A DNA stretch of 64,000 bases from Lophium mytilinum (lineage: Eukaryota): positions 790,816-854,815 of the forward strand of contig MU004191.1 in NCBI GenBank assembly GCA_010093605.1, given 5' to 3'. The notes below the pieces were generated by a model that saw only the letters and a list, made by a program, of their open reading frames with translations, searched no databases and was not told where the DNA came from. Position numbers and translations under genes: made by a program. Below, one piece after another: positions 47,384 through 60,285 of this stretch (position 1 is its first letter; each line of letters starts with the position of its first letter).

Positions 47384-48673
47384 ATGGACGCCTCCGCTGT
47401 CTTAACCCGCCACGGCTGGCGCGGCGCTGGCCACTCCCTGGACCCACACAACCGCGGCCTTGCGAAACCGCTTCTGGTGTCGTCAAAGCGGGATCTGAGC
47501 GGCGTGGGTGCAAGAAGTAAGGCGGTGCGTACGAGTGATCAGTGGTGGGCCCGGGCCTTGGATGAGGGATTGAGGGAGCTGGGAACGGGGAAGACGACGA
47601 CACTACAGACGGTTCGCGAGAAGGGGGTCAATCAGGGTGGACTTTATGGGTTCTTTGTGAGGGGACAGGGATTGGAGGGGACACTAAGCAATTCGGAGGT
47701 GTCGACGCCGCCGACGAGTGCAAGTACGAGCGGAAATACATCTGAGGATGAGTCTGGACGGGAAGGCGGTCCGGTGGAGCCGGTTGTTGTGGACAAGCAG
47801 AGCAAAAAGCGCAAGCGGGAGGAGGAGACGAAGGAGGAGGGCACTAAGAGGCGGAAAGCGGAGAAACGGGACACAAAGAACGACGCGCAATTACAGACGA
47901 CTCTAGATCAGATCGCCAAAATCAATCGGAAGGCTGCAATTTTGATCAAGCAGCAGTCGAAGAGAGGAGCCTTTAAGGCTGTTATGCCGAGTCCCAGCTC
48001 GTCGGAGAAGAAGGAGGATGCTAATTTTGGAATGAATGCGGATAGGGTTAGGATGATCAACGGGGCAGTGAAACCTCAGGTAAGGCCTATTGGCGTCTGG
48101 TTGAATATGGAGAGCTCTAATGACATTTGTCAGGTACAGGTGGCTCCCCAAGAACCCTCCAAGCCAGTGAAGAAGTTATCCGCTAAAAAGAGCAATATTG
48201 TCAGAGAGAAGGCGATGCGCGAGGCCAAACGAGAGCTCACGAACCGTCTTGTCAGGGAAGCCCAAGAGCGAGGCGAACTTCCTGGCATGGAACACCTCTC
48301 ACCGGAGAAGGTTTTAGAGAAATGCAAGAAGGAATCCAAAGCAACGAAGAAAGCCCAGAAGGAAGAAAGCAGTCGTAAGAAAGAGGAAGCTAAAGCGGCG
48401 AAGAAAGCTCAGAAGCAAGAAGCCAAAGCCGAGAAGTCGAGCAAGAAGGTCAGAAAAGAGCGCAACACCACGGAAGAAGAGAAACGTGTTAGCAGCCCTA
48501 CTGAAAAAGCTAAACCGCTCACTGATGAGCAACGAAAAGCATACGCAGCCCGTGCGAAGGAGAAAGGTACAACACTAGACGCTTACCACGCCCGCCGCGT
48601 CGAAAAGAAAGCCGAGAGAAAGAAAAAATACCAAATTAGTCGGAAAGCCGAGAAAACAAAAAAAGCTGCCTAA
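47384..48673 (+). CDS. Tma23-like G-patch nucleolar protein (Lys/Glu-rich tail)
   Basis: MDASAVLTRHGWRGAGHSLD...GLAKPLLVS.K.D..GVG...DQWW and GGLYGFFVRG; probable in-frame intron ~48080-48133. Confidence 0.75.
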   Translation: MDASAVLTRHGWRGAGHSLDPHNRGLAKPLLVSSKRDLSGVGARSKAVRTSDQWWARALDEGLRELGTGKTTTLQTVREKGVNQGGLYGFFVRGQGLEGTLSNSEVSTPPTSASTSGNTSEDESGREGGPVEPVVVDKQSKKRKREEETKEEGTKRRKAEKRDTKNDAQLQTTLDQIAKINRKAAILIKQQSKRGAFKAVMPSPSSSEKKEDANFGMNADRVRMINGAVKPQVRPIGVWLNMESSNDICQVQVAPQEPSKPVKKLSAKKSNIVREKAMREAKRELTNRLVREAQERGELPGMEHLSPEKVLEKCKKESKATKKAQKEESSRKKEEAKAAKKAQKQEAKAEKSSKKVRKERNTTEEEKRVSSPTEKAKPLTDEQRKAYAARAKEKGTTLDAYHARRVEKKAERKKKYQISRKAEKTKKAA

Positions 48674-49655
48674 GACAATGAATCCGCAAGCCTCGGCTTC
48701 GCAATCAACAATAAGACAACGAGGAGCTTCTCATACATCCCTCCGCGCACGCGCTCAATACCACTTGTGATCTCACGTCTACTACAGAAGACGGCACCCC
48801 CATCGGCCCCTTCAAGCCAGGAAGGGCGCGAAATCAATTTTCTCTTGAGAATGAATTGCAATCCCGACTTCAATGTCTGCGTGTGCATTCTGGAGGAAGC
48901 AAGGCTTGACTCGGGTTGTTTACGTAGTCCTGCGGAGAGGCAGCGGATATGGGTCGAGAAGACTCGAGCATCTACGTGGCCGACTAGAAGGATCCTAACG
49001 TAAGAGCGGATCAAGCCCCTTGCGGTTGAAGATGGTCACATCCGAAGGACTAGATAATAGGCGAGGAGGAACGTCTTTTTTGTTTGCTAAAGAGATGATT
49101 GCGTTGGCTGAGAAGATAGGGATATGAGAGTGGTGTGCCTCTTCATGCCCCTAATTCTTCTAGCTATTTAGCATACTCATAAACATAGCTAGGGAAGAGG
49201 TCAAAACGGGCCATTTGTGTGTTCAATGTCGCCTCAATCCCCAGTATAGTCCGGCGCTGGTGTGATGAGCTGTTCATTACGTAGTCTAATGCAAAGCCAT
49301 ATCCTAGTCCAGTAACCATATTCCTTTAAGACTCGCCTGAGCAGAACTTGCAGCTCACCAAATTTTTCAGAACACTCTCCGGAGAGATTTTGCCAACTCT
49401 CCGTCACGTGAAAATCTCAAAGTTACCAGGTACGCGGCGAGAAAAGGTGAAGGTGACTTTTTGGGAATGCCAAGAGATATCGGCGACAAGACGGACCGAT
49501 TGACCTCACTTCGCGCCTCGCCGCGACTTCACCTCCATCAAATCTACAACAACCTCGACAACCCCAAAAGCTCTCACGACCCTCACAATCCCCACCGCCA
49601 ACCGTCGCGACCCATATCCAGCCAAAGCGCACACTAGAACGCATCTACCGCGACC

Positions 49656-50477
49656 ATGGCCTCGCCCGCGGCCGCCGACCTGCCAAACGGCATCTCAACA
49701 CCTCCTACTACCAACTCGACCGCAGGCCCAAACCCCAGCCCGCCTACCTCCTCGCAACAACTCACACAATCGCAACCACAATCGCAACCCTCCCAACTAC
49801 CCAACGGCCTCCTCTCGCAATCCTCCAACAGCACCGCCGCAAACGGCACCGCCGCGACACAGCAACCACCCTCTTACCCCCGCACATCCCTCTCAGACAC
49901 CGGCACCACAAAGCGGCCCCGCGACGCACGTCTTCTGCATCTTGTCCTCGCGAACATGGGCGTGCACGCCTACAGCGAGCGCGTGCCGCTGCAACTGCTC
50001 GACTTCGCGTACCGCTACACCAGCTCGGTCCTCAGCGACGCGCTGTCGTACGGCGAGCCGGCGCCGGCGCCATCGGGGAAGAAGGGCGCGAATAGTGGGG
50101 AGGAGTCGGGGGTTAGTCTGGCAGCGTTGAGGACGGCGGTGAGCGCGAAGGCGGGTTATCAGTTCCAGCCGGCGTTGCCGAAGGAGTTTTTGGCGGAGGT
50201 GGCGGCGGAGAGGAATAGGGTGGCGTTGCCGAGGGTGGAGCGAGAGTATGGGGTGAGGTTGCCGCCGGAGAGGTACTGTTTGACTGGTGTCGGGTGGGGG
50301 GTTAAAGATGAGTGGGAGAGTGAGGAGGAGGAGGCAGAGGAGATGGTGGGGGTGCAGGTGGATGCGGTGATGGGAGGGATGGGGGCTGGGACGCAGGAGG
50401 AGGAGATGGATGAGGACGAAGAGTTTGAGGAGGTCATGGGCGTTGGAGGGCGGGAGGTGGATATGGTTGATGGATAA
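49656..50477 (+). CDS. TAF9: TFIID/SAGA subunit Taf9 (TFIID-31kDa histone fold)
   Basis: RPRDARLLHLVL..MGV.AY.ERVPLQLLDFAYRYT; A.ERNRVALP; GVRLPPERYCLT. Confidence 0.93.
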   Translation: MASPAAADLPNGISTPPTTNSTAGPNPSPPTSSQQLTQSQPQSQPSQLPNGLLSQSSNSTAANGTAATQQPPSYPRTSLSDTGTTKRPRDARLLHLVLANMGVHAYSERVPLQLLDFAYRYTSSVLSDALSYGEPAPAPSGKKGANSGEESGVSLAALRTAVSAKAGYQFQPALPKEFLAEVAAERNRVALPRVEREYGVRLPPERYCLTGVGWGVKDEWESEEEEAEEMVGVQVDAVMGGMGAGTQEEEMDEDEEFEEVMGVGGREVDMVDG

Positions 50478-50861
50478 AGAGTGAGGAGCGAGATGGAGAG
50501 TTGGAGCTGGTGCGTTGAACGTTCAAAAGTTGGGTCACATTGCTGGGACAAGTGACAGGAAGCTCAGTTGAATACCCTGAGCTTTCATCAAGGCAAGGTG
50601 TTCCGGTATCGAAGCATTTACAGGCGCTGGGGTCCAGGGATCCGAATACCAGAGCCGACTTAAGTCCCTTTCTTCCATATTCGCATCTCTGTACCACAGA
50701 TCGATGCTACAACAAATAAATATAAGGATCTCATCTCGAGTGTAGTATTCACAGTATTGTACAGCCCACCACTCGTGAAGAGCGTCATGCTCCCCGTATA
50801 ATGATTTTCCCAAACAGAAACGCCCGCCCAATGCCAAATCTCACGAAGCTCCCTTTTCCTC

Positions 50862-51495
50862 TCACCTCTCCCCGGCTACCCTCTGCCTCTCCCTCTCCTC
50901 ATCCAGCTTCTTCCGTCCCCGCTCATCTAGCCCCCACCACTCGCGATGGAACTTCTCCTGCTCAATCCGCTTCGCTTCCTTCTCTTCACGCTCTTTCCGC
51001 CGCGCATCCATTCCCGTGAACCAGTCCTCTCGTGCGGCGTCCTGCTCCTCTTGTGTCGCGTGCTGCACCATGCAGGCGTTCATGGCGAGTCGCTGCGGCC
51101 GGCAGGCCCAAGTAGCGCTGATGGTGCGATTGAGGGCGCAGGATGCGAAATCTATGTTCGAAAGAGGTCTATTAGCTGGGGTTCGGAGAGGCGCATGTGT
51201 CATGGCCGAGCATATGTGGTAGCCGGGGCTAGTATTGGAGGGGATTATGGACCGCAATTGGGACATAATCGACATGCGAGAGGAGTTGTAGAACGTATTG
51301 AAGGTTGGGGTTTGGAGGACTCCTACCTCTTATCTCATCCGCACACTTCGTCCGCACGCGCTTATAATACAGGTCCCGCACTGCCTGCTCCTGGCCTGCG
51401 GAAAGAGGGATCGGGTTTCTGGGGACGGGTCGTTTGGGCGCGGAGGGGGGGTTTGGGGGGCCTGCTCCCGGCGCGGGAGAGGTGGTTGTTGCCAT
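50862..51495 (-). CDS. Cmc1-like twin CX9C cytochrome c oxidase assembly protein; one intron ~51153-51326
   Basis: PLSAGQEQAVRDLYYKRVRTKCADEIR|DFASCALNRTISATWACRPQRLAMNACM (two CX9C motifs). Confidence 0.88.
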
Positions 51496-51952
51496 TGAGC
51501 GGGCGGGAGAACCGCAATTGAGCCGGGGACTTGGTTTAGGGTGCGTTCAGTTGCTTTTGTGCAGAGAGAGTAGTGGGAGGGTGGGTGTAACGGCGGTGTC
51601 CTTCCGAACAAGGTTGATGCTTGAGCGGTGGTGCTAGTTGCGGGCAGTGGTTCGATGAGGTTGGGCTGACTAAGGAAGGCTCAAGCATTTTGGTACTTCA
51701 CACGACGTCTCTGGATACAATTTTACATCATTCTTAAAGACACTGAAACAACGCTTCTCTAGGTAAAAGGGGACCTCTCACAGATGAACGTGTCTTGATA
51801 GCCAATAGACCTTACGGCTCGGGTTTGTAGAGCGCCTCATCCTCATCACTTTACGCTAGTGCCCCATTCCCTTCCTTTAGTAGTAAATAAGCGCTCAAGC
51901 CCGCTGCTAGTATTGCCATTCTAGTTCCCTTGGCCCGTTCTTTGCCGTCGAA

Positions 51953-53318
51953 ATGGTAGTGCTGGTAGTGCTGGCCTATCTTCTCTCAGAGTCACTACCT
52001 ACGTTGCCAGAAGTTGAAGTGGTTGACCCTCATCATACCACAACTCGAATTATCGTTGGCGTCCGGAAGGCTTATGAAAGCAATGAGGAACAACTGCAAC
52101 GCTTCTCTAACATCTTGCTTGATCTGGGAAAAGGTAAGTGGGCGCTGAGTCCCGACCAGGGTTCTGGTAGCGGCAGTGTTAACGAGTATAGATGCGACTT
52201 TCGACGCCTTATATAACACTTGTCCGTTCAGGTGGTCTGATGGCGATATGTATGACACAATTGTTCCGTTTGGTGATGAACGAGAGGCTCAGTACCAGTC
52301 CCTCTGGACATTCGACATTCAGAACGACGTTTTACGGTACACTAATCGCGACGGTTGTAGCCAAATCCCACTTGCTCTTCTCCGAGAGCGTGCTGTGAGT
52401 TTGAGCGATATGAAACCGCTCGAAGGGCCTCTACCCCTACCTTTCAAGCCGGCTTTCGACCCAGAAGGGCCCTACTGGGAACCGCAAATCAAGGTGGGTA
52501 ACCGATTGCGTGCTTTCACCCATCATTTGCTCCATGATTTCCATCATCAGTGGAGGCACATCCACAGGAGACGTTACAACTCCATTACTTTACGGGCACT
52601 TGCACGAGCAATTATCAGACTCTCAACTCTTGATTTTGAGGTTCGCCAGAACACAGGGGAGGGCCGTGTCCCGCTAGGATTACATGTACGGATCACCGAA
52701 CTGCCTGCCTGGGAGCCATTTGAGAATGATATTGTGCGTGTTGGTAGCATCTATGTTGTTCTCTGCCAACACATTCAAGAAGGACTGTCAATGGCCCGAC
52801 GACACCTATCATCTCGAGACTGTAGCAAAAAAACTGCTTCTGGCGAAGCGCAGGCACAATACATGGTCCTATCAGTCAAGAGTATCATGCTCTGTCACGT
52901 CACTATCCAGCATTCACTCGAATGCACTGTTCCAGAGCCGCTCTTCAATGGCATCGAGCCCCCGTCGGGCCTAGCACTAGATTACCTTATCTGGGCCACC
53001 GCCTCCGCTAGGCCTTGGATATTTACACCCCTCCAATCGCTGCCCATTGAGATCCAGAACATTATACTGGATTACGAGGTGATCGGGACATTAGAAGCTG
53101 CTAAAGTTGGCTGCTTGCTTGGCTTAGGGTCACCATTCTTGTGGAAGGACGGTCCTTTAGAGGTTACGCTAGAGGAAAGACACTTACCTCTCCCGTCAGG
53201 CTCAACTGTCGAGTCCCAACTCTGGTTTGGTGAGCATAAGAGTGGAATAGTCTATTGGGCCCGAGCAGCTTGTTATCTCCCAGGTCCCTTTGCCTCCAGC
53301 GTTCTAGCGGGAAAATGA
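51953..53318 (+). CDS. Hypothetical fungal protein (~435 aa); intron 52134-52191
   Basis: The GTAAGT...TAG intron joins the two ORFs in frame. A late F-box-like LQSLPIEIQNIILDY segment is present; function unknown. Confidence 0.65.
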
Positions 53319-53728
53319 GTCGGCATGTCAGCTCACGAATAACTGTCTTGCTGGCTACCGGAGCCTACGAATTGGGCTTGCTGAGCGCGCGGAATATTCC
53401 AATGGCGAACAGGATGATAAATCTAAGCACGACATCAGTTCGACTAGGGCACACTACAATCGAAATGGAAGAAAGGAGGATTATAGGACTTGAACCAAAA
53501 TTAGGCGGCCAATACGTCTACCACAACGGTAGGGAATTTGAAAGATATGCTTGCTGTACTCTTGCGAATAGAGCTGCGGAGGCTAGAAACCGCTACGAAC
53601 TACTCACTCCCTTTTACATAGGCCCCCTACTAATAAAGCTATTAAAGAGCATCCTGTCGCTCTTAAAAACGAATCTTTACAAAGGATTCCACCACTTTGC
53701 ACAGTGTTTAGGTTGTCCAGGCGGAGAG

Positions 53729-53895
53729 ATGACTCAGCAACGCTAGTTGTTTTAATTGACTCTCCATTGGAGATTATAGTCGTGCCGCTACTAAAAAGAC
53801 TAGCGTTGATGAGTCAGCTCGTCGTTTCAATGGACTCTCGGTTAGATTGTGTAGTGGTGCCAGTGTTAAAAAAGACTAGCGTTGATGAGTCAGCA
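53729..53895. repeat. Two ~76-bp direct units plus an inverted ~17-bp copy, each containing TGASTCA
   Basis: actagcgttgatgagtca at 53799 and 53875; the reverse-complement copy gactcagcaacgctagt at 53731 has one mismatch. Confidence 0.7.
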
Positions 53896-54694
53896 GCTCA
53901 AATTTCCAGCTACAAGAACCCCTCCACACCCCGCTACGCCGCCCTAACTTCTTTCCTCACGACGCTGCTCCTAAGCTAACTACCAACTAGGTTTCGAGGT
54001 CCGTCGACCAGCTTGGGTGATCGGTACTAACTAGGGACGAGCTATTTAAATGACGAATTTCCTCGACGAATTGCTGATTAGGCTACGCCAGGTCGTGATG
54101 ATGATTATCGGCATTATGTAATATATATGACTCTGTTCATTACCTAGGTGAAAGCTCCACCATTTCTCGTCTGTCGTTGTTCCAGATAAACTTTACTTTC
54201 GTAAAAATAATATAAACTACGAGGAGCAAAAGGGTTGAGAAGTCCATCATGCACTAGGAAGGCTTTCTCGGCTCTGCTATGCGTATTTGTGTTGCTTAAC
54301 TGAATGTAGTTTTGTCTACTACTTCTCCATTACGTCTAAGGCACGTTGTTGTGCCCCGCATTAGCCGTGTGCACTTGCGGCCCCCCACATGCCTAGACAC
54401 TCAATCAAAACGTCTGCTCTTCACTCCTTCTCCCCCATTCTCACTTCTAACTCTCCAGCATTGGCGCCCTTTACTTGACATGGCCTCTGCGAAACCCGAG
54501 ACCCGAGACGGCTGCCTGCTGCGTTTCGAGCTAGCCAGACGAGGCAGGAGCCACAGTACCTACTTATAGGGAGGCTCTGGTGGCATGAGGAATGGTGGGG
54601 TGCTGTGCTCTCTATAAGACTACCTGACGACCAGACTGCACACGCCCATCGCAAATCGCAAGCCGACACACAATACACAGTAAACAGAGCCACC

Positions 54695-55589
54695 ATGGCA
54701 CAAAAAGCAGAATTCATCAAGATCCCCCCAGCACCCAGCGGCCTCCCGCAAACAACCCCAACAGAACCAGAGCGCCGTCTCCCCAGCTCCGACATCAGCA
54801 TTTCAGAAGCTACTGTCGAGGATCTACCCAGAATCGTACGGCGGCGCCATTCCACCCTTTCTTCTCCCTCTCCCCACTAACTCATACTAGGTAGAAGGCT
54901 TCTACGCCTCCTTCCCGCCCCAATTCTGGGAGCGCAAAGAACCCCTCGCCCTCCGCCCGCCCACCGAAGCCATCCGCCACGAACGCTTCATCCGCCGCCT
55001 CCTTCCCACCTTCTCGAACCCCAACGTCCACTGGATCATCGCCAAACACGTCCCCACCAACGCCATCATGGGCGTCGCGGGCTGGACCGCCCCCGGCGCC
55101 CCAATCCACAACTTCTTCCGCCGCTCCGCCGTCGACTTCTTCGGCTGGCGCTCGCAATACGCCTGCTCGGACGCCGAGTACGACGCGCTCTGGTCCGTCC
55201 TGAACAAAGAAGCCTGGGAGGACCAGTTCACAAAAGACGACGAGACGCGCAAGCAAGTGCTGGGGGACGAGCCGCACTGGTATCTCGCGCCGCTGTTCAC
55301 GTTTCCGGAGTGGCAGGGGAGAGGCGTGGGGAAGTTGTTGCTGAGTTGGGCGATTGAGCAGGCGGATAAGACGGAGCCGGTGACGCCGTTGTATTTGGAG
55401 AGTACGCCGACGGCGCGGGCGGTGTATATGCATTGTGGGTTTGTGCCGCAGGGGGATTGGAATTTTGTGAGGAGGGGGCCGGCGGTGGTGAGGGGGTTGG
55501 AGGCGGAGGAGGGGAGGGGTGAGGGGAAGGCTGCGAGTGTTAGTGTGGATGCTGTTGCGGTGGAGAAGGAGGCTGCGGTGGCGGAGTAG
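54695..55589 (+). CDS. GNAT-family N-acetyltransferase; intron 54836-54890
   Basis: WYLAPLFTFPEWQGRGVGKLLL (acetyl-CoA motif A) and LYLESTPTARAVYMHCGF. Confidence 0.9.
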
Positions 55590-56020
55590 ATAAGCTGGGG
55601 ACTGATAATTGTGATGTATAGAGACGTTTCTGAACGAGATATATACGACTGTGCTCAAGAGCTCGATTTTGCGGTCGTGGTGCCACCGGTACACGTTTAG
55701 CAGATGTGCAGAAGGACCTACTAGGGCAGTGTCTTCTCCCAGAGCTGGGCGATGCATGTTTGTACTGGGTACAGCATCTAGATAAGAGCCAGCAACATAT
55801 CAGCTGGGACTGGACTGTATAGAGCCTTTTTCTCCAGAAACACAGGGGTAGACGGGCATTTAGCATAGGGGCTTCACACGTCATGTCAATAGCGAAATCT
55901 AGTTAACAAAGCACGTGTCGCTCTCTTTGATTTCCGCTCACCAGCTAGATAACCCACTCATCGCGGGCCAAACGCCTGAACGCTCCACAAACCACGATCG
56001 CTCAACCACGCTCGCTCCGA

Positions 56021-59000
56021 CTAGGCTGACGGCGCAACATAGCTTTCCTGATGACTCGTATACCCCTCGTCCTCATCCCCGGTCGTCGCCTCACTCGCAA
56101 TACTCTCATGCAAGCTCGGCGTCTTATCACCCCTTTTCCCCATCCGCTTGATTGAGCTCCAACTGAGCGCGCTACTGCGATTGTCCTTCGAGCCAGACCC
56201 TAGCAGCGGACTGCTGCTAACCGACTCAACGCTTTTCGCCATAGCCCCGTGGTTGCTCCCGCCATCCTCGTCCGTCTCATCAGGGGTGCCGACCTCGCCG
56301 GCTTTCTTGACGGAGAGCAGGCCCTTCTCGTTCGTGAACTTGTGCAGGAACTTGGTCGTGCTGCCCTTCCGCGCTAGCTTTGTCATGAAAGACTCCCTAC
56401 CCACGCTGCTGGGCGCTTGGGACTCCGACGGCGTTTGCGAAACGAGGCGCTCGAGGGATTCACGCGGCGACGACGCCGACTCGTCTGGGGCAGTCGAGAT
56501 AGAGCGGTTGTCTCGTGATCGGCGAGGGTCCATTGGGGATGAAGTATCTTTGCCAGAGTCCACAGCTGCGGTCTCTAAAGCGAGCGCCTTCTCCTTATCC
56601 TTGCGTGCTGCCTTCTCCGCCGCTTTATCCGCTTTCGCCTTCTTCTCCACATTCTTCTCCGCTTTCTTGGCCTCCTTGACTGCTTCTCTGTCAGTTTTGT
56701 CTGATTTCTCTGCCCAGGAAAATATACTCTTGAAGTTGGGGGCAGTCGGATTCAGCTGCTTAGGCGGAGTCGGCGGCACTGGGGGCGGCATCATAGACGC
56801 TGAGGACTGCGGCCGCGTGCCGATGGGAGCTTGGGTCGGGGACTTGGACGAGTTCGGGAACTCATCGGTGACCTCGCCGAAGGGGATGCCGTCGTGGAGG
56901 AGGCTGGCTGTTGAGCCGTTGTACTGTACCGAAGGACGACGAGAAGGGTGTCGCGACCACGACGAGGTATTAGCAATACTCCAATCAGCACCTAGCGGAC
57001 TACTTCTCTGTCCGAACCCGTCGACCGGCCATCCAAAGCGCTGCTGGCTCTCGGTGGACGGTCGCGGGAGGAGGCTAACCTCGCCAGATTTTGTGGAGCC
57101 CTGTCGAGGCGATGATGGCCGGTTCAAACCTAAGCTCGATGACAGCCACGGGTCGCCCTTGGAGCCAAACATGTTGAACGCCCTCTTGCGAGTCGCGATA
57201 TGTTTCTGGCTGTTCTGGGGGTCTTCTGCGACGGGCTTGTTGCGGGTGAAGGCGTCATACCACGCTCCAGAATAACTACCTCGCCTTCGCCGCGTTCCTA
57301 TGGGGTCCAGGTCGGGCTCCTGTCTCGGCATAGAGTGGCTTTGAGACGATTTCAGTGAGCCCAGAGGTGGACCATCGTCGGAAAGAGTTTTGCCACGCTG
57401 TCTGTTCAATCCGAAGAGGTTGCCAAAGCGAGTCGTGGGATTTCCGTTACCAGTTGCCGCCATTAATGAGCTTGAGGTGGAGCGGATAGAACGCCGGTCA
57501 CTCTCTATCAGGTTCTCGGCGGCACCTGGAATGAACGCCAGGTGACTGTTGCTATCTCGCGGGCTTGCGAAAACACTCGGTGACCGGCTTTGAATGGACA
57601 CTGGAGAGCTCGGGCTTTGAATTGGCTCTAGGGTTTGCGGCGCACCTAAGCCTGGCAGAGCGAAACCACTGCTTGGGTTATGCGACGATAAACCAGAGCC
57701 TGAGCTGTGCTCGTCATCTTCGTCCACATCCGCCTTTTCTAGATCATCCCCAAAAAGACCCGATGGAAGAAGTGCACCTGCTGTTGGACTCATGGGTGCC
57801 CCACCGGTCAGCGCCTCTACCTCCGCAGGTGAGAATGATGTATGCGCTAGCGGGATCGCCATGCCGTTGTTGATGTTGAAATAAGGCGTGGGACTGGCGA
57901 AGGAAGGCGATATGCTTGAGATACTGGTGTTGAACGGGGGTGCAGTTGTCGGGACAAATCCAGCTGGCGCGGCGGAAGCGATCAGCTCGTTACGAAGACT
58001 GCCAGTTCGTCGTCGGCTACCTCTCCTCCCAGATAGTCCTTCCATAGGCATGGTAGAGAATAGATGCGGTTGGCTGGCGCGGCGTTGCTCGAGATATTGC
58101 AGTCGACGATGGGCGTCTTGGTTAATACGCTCGGCGTCGGAGAAGAGATTCCATGCGGTCGCGTAACGTGACTGCAGAGCTGCCAAAGTTTGCATCCACA
58201 TCTTGTCCTCGTCAGCCTCAGCGGCTTGAGTGTTCTCTGGGTTCTCATTTTCGTCATCGCCGCCTTCGATTCTCTTTTTTTCCTCTTCGAGAGTCTTGAT
58301 CTGGATCCCCTTCTCGTGGATGACCTCTTCCAGACTCTTGTTCACCGAAATTTCCTCGCTATGTTTGTCTTTCAACTCCTTGATCTTCTGCTCTGATGCT
58401 TCCAGGTATTCCATACGGTCATTCTCAGCCTGTTCGGCCTCTGCCCGCATCTCCTGGATTTCACTTTCCCATCGCACAATGTCGCTCCTTAATTTCCTTC
58501 TCTCGCTTTCCTTCTGCTGTAGTGATTTCTCCTGAGTGGTCCTCCTCGCTTGTGCGGCTGTATTGGCTCGTTCCAGGCTTGCCACCTCTTTCCTCAGATC
58601 TCGACTCGCATCTTCCCTCTCCTTGAGCGCATATTTCTTTTCGTCTCGCTTTTGACCTAGCGATGCCTTGGCGCATTGGAATTCCTCTTCTTCATCTGCA
58701 ATCTGCCTTTCCACGTCGTCGACTTCCTGGCGAAGAGCCTCCAGTCGTTCGGTCAGCTGCTGTATGGAGGTTTCGGCTGCGGTGGATTCTTGAGCGTTGT
58801 GCGCTTGGTCGGCAGTCTGAGAAGCAGGGGAACTTCTGCGCGCAGTATCGACGCGTCTCACGCGAGACTGGCTGTTGCTATGTTCGCGTGCCATCGGGGG
58901 TGGGGTCGGAGGAGGGATGTGGGCGTCCCCAAACGTCTTGCACGGTCGCACGACCGGCGCAGGGTTGGAATCCTTATCGTCGCCATTGCTCTCTTCCTTG

Positions 59001-59611
59001 TGGGACGAAATGTTGAAATAGTGTCCAGAGTCGGCGCGGAGAGTCTTCACACGGAGGGGCACGCTCGGGGCTTGGAAGCTGGCTGTGTTCACCGTGACTA
59101 TCCGCACTGTGTAGTGATGATTCGGCAGCAAATCTGTGACTGTGACTGACGTTTCCAGCGGCGACACATGATCAACTGCAGCGCGTCAGTGTCTTGGTGG
59201 GTATGAATCATCCGGTCTTCGCGAAACGTACTGTCTATGCCGTTGATTCGCACCAGGTATTTTGCGATTGACGAGCGCGAATCCGGCGGCTTCCAGTGTA
59301 GCAGGATGCCGTCGGCCTTGATCCCAGCGAGGGACACAATAGGCGCGACTGGCACCTCCAGGCCAAGTAGATGGACGAGTTCCTCCACGGGCTTCGCTAG
59401 GACTTTATATGCACGATACGCAACCCTGTGCTCACCGGTCAGCGACGGACTACGTCTTCTGTATCCATACTGCCGCCGCAACTCACCAGAACAAGGCCAA
59501 GCAAACACACACCGTCTTCATCAGCCCAGCCGAGTAGAAGACGGATCCGTCCATGCCGTGGAGGGCGGCATTGGGGTGCCAGTAAAGAGCGTAGGGGTAG
59601 TCGGAAAGCAT
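56021..59611 (-). CDS. Conserved fungal fibronectin type III / coiled-coil membrane-anchored protein
   Basis: Hydrophobic N-terminal segment, KPVEELVHLLGLEVP, FN3 region LLHWKPP...YLVRINGI...VTDLLPNHHYTVRIVTVN, long coiled coil and Ser/Pro-rich tail; two 5' introns. Confidence 0.85.
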
Positions 59612-60285
59612 GAAGAAGGACTGAAAACAGAACAGGCGCGCTGGAAGTGGGTGAAGCAGCAGGCACAGCCTTTGGGGGTCGCTCAGGCGGTGTTTTGCGG
59701 AGTAGTGGAGTATTTCATGCAGCGTCTCACGGCTTGCCGTCTACCGTCGTCGGCCGTGCTATCGGCCCGAGCGACCCTAGACCCTCGATTCGTTGGGGCC
59801 TTGGCGGGGATCTATCGGACTTTGGGATTCCCATCAGAGCCACGGCACTCGTGGTGGGACTCAACCTTCAAACAACGTCTCCAGATGTCCACCTTGCTCT
59901 GATTCCTGATCGCGAACTTCTTCTCTTGCATTACAGAACTACATCTTGCTCGCAGTTCAACCTTCCTTTCGTAGCCAGCCATCCCGACGCCACTCCGCTT
60001 TGCTCCGGCTCATGACCAGCTCCCGTGACCCTTGCTGCGAGCCATCGCATTGACTGCGCAACCTTCACTTCTCTACCACCATTCCCACAATCGCTCCTTG
60101 AACGTACCTCGCCATACTTCTCACCTGCGCATACTCGATTCTCTAGACCCCACGCTGCCAGCTTGCCTCATTCCTACCTCGGAGCATTCTTGAGCAACAC
60201 GACCAAACACCGACTCAACAGCGCATCTCAGCTCTCTCAGCCAACGCTGACCACTATAGCTTGAGCATTCCAAACAGGAGTTGCC

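Noticed and set aside
56148..57275. 375-aa plus-strand ORF and other long antisense or overlapping ORFs (e.g. 16538-17230, 54882-55757)
   Set aside because: Shadow ORFs opposite well-supported GC-rich genes, with no recognisable motifs.
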